From Nitrospinaceae bacterium (lineage in GTDB: Bacteria > Nitrospinota > Nitrospinia > Nitrospinales > Nitrospinaceae): a DNA stretch of 64,000 bases. The position numbers and the translations under genes were made by a program. The stretch lies in the NCBI GenBank assembly GCA_965223665.1, contig OZ245011.1:2048001-2112000 (forward strand). Reading direction: 5' to 3'. The notes below the pieces were generated by a model, which had not been told where the DNA came from, searched no databases, and saw nothing but the letters and a program-made list of their open reading frames with translations. Every line of letters begins with the position of its first letter. Within the stretch, counting starts at the first letter, position 1. Shown in pieces: positions 62,147 through 64,000 of this stretch.

Positions 62147-63415
62147 ATGAAGCCATCACTTAGTTTTTTCATTGGAATTATTTTTTTGTTTACCAGTTTC
62201 CCGGCTTTTGCCGTGACAGACGTCTTTACCAACCCGGAAGACAGTTACGTTCGCCAAACATCACCCGCCACTAACTATGGATCAGAACCTGTTCTCATCG
62301 CCGATGGAGTTTCACAGGATCCGGACAACGGGCTTTATGGAGAAATCGCAACAATGGTGAAATGGGATGTTTCTTCCATTCCTTCCGGCGTTACTATCAC
62401 TGGAGTGTCAGTTACTTTTAATTTTTCAGATGCCAGTTCGGCACCTTACCATTTTTACTCGCAAGATTCCGTTTGGTCCGAAGGTTCGGTGGATTGGAAT
62501 GATTTGAATTCCGGACCTGATATTTTAGGTTCGGTGCCGGCATTTACGTTTGGAAATGGAACTATTAATTTTAATGCCACAGGTGTGGCAATCGTACAGG
62601 GTTGGGTCGATGGCTCCCTACCTAACAACGGTTTCGCACTCCGTACCGGTGGAACTAATAATGGAATTATTATGGACTCTAAAGACTCCACCGGAACACC
62701 TCCTACCCTAAATGTGACTTATAACAACACCGGTCAAACACTGGCACAACGGGTCGCTTATCTGGAAAACCTTTTATCAAACGTTACGAAGGTGGGAAAC
62801 AATATTTATATTACAGGAGCCAACTTAAATATCCGAAACGGTCTTGGCACCACGAATGGTAACCCGAATGATCCTGATTCTACCACCTCCATTGCTGTGA
62901 ACGGACTGGGTAATCTGATTGTCGGTTATGACGAAATAATAGATCCCGAATTTCGTTCTTCTAATAAGTCCGGTTCTCATAATATTGTGATAGGCCATGG
63001 ACACAATTATTCCAGTGTCGGTGGTTTAATCGCTGGGATGGACAATGTGGTTTCTGGACCCTATTCTACCGTCTCTGCGGGATTACGTAATGAAGCCAGT
63101 GGTGAACAAGCCAGTGTCAGTGGCGGTGTAAGAAATTTAGCAAGAGGCAGACTTTCAAGTGTGAGTGGAGGATCTGTTAATGATGCCAGTGGTGTTTCTG
63201 CCAGCGTGAGTGGAGGGGAACAAAATGAAGCCGGAGGAGGCCATTCAAGTATTAGTGGTGGCTTTAGCAATACAACCAGTGGTGTTAACTCCAGTATTAC
63301 CGGTGGATTTGAAAATGAAGCTCAGGCAACCTACTCCACGGTGAGCGGGGGGTCCCTTAGAACAGCACCCGGAACTTATGACTGGGTCGCCGGGAGTTTG
63401 TTTGAGGATCAATAA
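62147..63415 (+). CDS. Array member 6 (7 repeats)
   Basis: True start ATG 62147, ends DWVAGSLFEDQ. Confidence 0.87.
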   Translation: MKPSLSFFIGIIFLFTSFPAFAVTDVFTNPEDSYVRQTSPATNYGSEPVLIADGVSQDPDNGLYGEIATMVKWDVSSIPSGVTITGVSVTFNFSDASSAPYHFYSQDSVWSEGSVDWNDLNSGPDILGSVPAFTFGNGTINFNATGVAIVQGWVDGSLPNNGFALRTGGTNNGIIMDSKDSTGTPPTLNVTYNNTGQTLAQRVAYLENLLSNVTKVGNNIYITGANLNIRNGLGTTNGNPNDPDSTTSIAVNGLGNLIVGYDEIIDPEFRSSNKSGSHNIVIGHGHNYSSVGGLIAGMDNVVSGPYSTVSAGLRNEASGEQASVSGGVRNLARGRLSSVSGGSVNDASGVSASVSGGEQNEAGGGHSSISGGFSNTTSGVNSSITGGFENEAQATYSTVSGGSLRTAPGTYDWVAGSLFEDQ

Positions 63416-63437
63416 TACTTTAATAAACAGTTTCGTT

Positions 63438-63458
63438 CCGGGTGGTTCCACCACCCGG
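63438..63458 (+). terminator. GC-rich hairpin downstream of array member 6
   Basis: CCGGGTGG-TTCCA-CCACCCGG, weak U tract. Confidence 0.45.
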
Positions 63459-63899
63459 TTGCGGAAGCGGAGGCCGTTGGCATTTCCTACCCATCGGCCC
63501 AAAATCTGCAATTTTTAATATAACAAACATGATCCTTTCCGATATTTTCTTTTGAGTAATCTCAATCCTAGTTTGTCTAAAAACAACTATATTTTTATCT
63601 GAAAAATAATTATAAACCAAGACTCCTTTCCGAAAAGCTGCTGAAAACCCTTCTTCTTCAGTCCATACTCGCCACCTGTTTCACCCCCCTTTTGAACCAT
63701 TACATTCATGACCGGTTAGAATTCCATTTGATTTTTTCGAGCTAAGGATATTTCCGGTTGCTCACCGAATGTGACAAGTTTCGTCACTTGACAGACCTGA
63801 TTCGGTATGAGTAAATACGGGTCCACTTCATTGAATACATTCAGGTTTCAAACCGTTGACCCTATATTTTTTTATATTTATTTTCCAAGGAGGAATAGC

Positions 63900-64000
63900 A
63901 TGAAACGAGTGTTTAGTTTATCGATGGGATTGGTAATACTGTTGACGAGTGTATCTGCATTTGCGGTGACGGATACATTTTTAACTACCAACGATAGTGA
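63900..64000 (+). CDS. 5' end of a probable seventh array member (runs off window)
   Basis: RBS AAGGAGG, MKRVFSLSMGLVILLTSVSAFAVTDTFLTTNDS matches the family N-terminus AFAVTD.F. Confidence 0.75.
   Translation, partial: MKRVFSLSMGLVILLTSVSAFAVTDTFLTTNDS

Noticed and set aside
54557-63415. Calling the repeat proteins trimeric autotransporters or ice-nucleation proteins
   Set aside because: There is no C-terminal YadA-type membrane anchor. The repeat is 14 aa, not the 16-aa AGYGST ice-nucleation unit.
54500-63420. CRISPR array or integron cassette array
   Set aside because: The repeats are gene leaders and coding ends of paralogues. There are no unique short spacers, attC-like structures, cas genes or integrase.

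Overview
Accessory-rich 64 kb window from a Gram-negative bacterium (lipoprotein signals, an outer-membrane beta-barrel). I found no rRNA, tRNA, CRISPR array, integrase or transposase. All family assignments come from motifs read by eye; no database search was run. Main contents: (1) four tandem TPR lipoproteins, then a TPR gene and a caspase-like (C14) gene that share an N-terminal amyloid/RHIM-like module; (2) a secreted subtilase followed by a stand-alone copy of its prodomain; (3) a family of secreted DNRLRE-like + coiled-coil + 14-aa SSVSGGxxNxA repeat proteins (9 complete genes, 1 running off the window, 2 orphan 3' remnants). Three of these flank two LuxR regulators, a LolA-like protein and a beta-barrel, and seven form a tandem array at 54.5-64 kb; (4) toxin/immunity debris, including an orphan Rhs whose C-terminus is a PIN-like (DUF5615/Mut7-C-type) domain followed by a DUF433-like gene, bracketed by repeated 3' ends of a DUF2235 gene; (5) a lipoprotein-propeller/TM/P-loop NTPase fusion; (6) a DUF692 (MNIO) enzyme with an adjacent 73-aa LGCxxCxSG peptide, a candidate uncharacterised RiPP system; (7) a 140-bp MITE with 16-bp TIRs and 9-bp TSDs, one copy nested in another.
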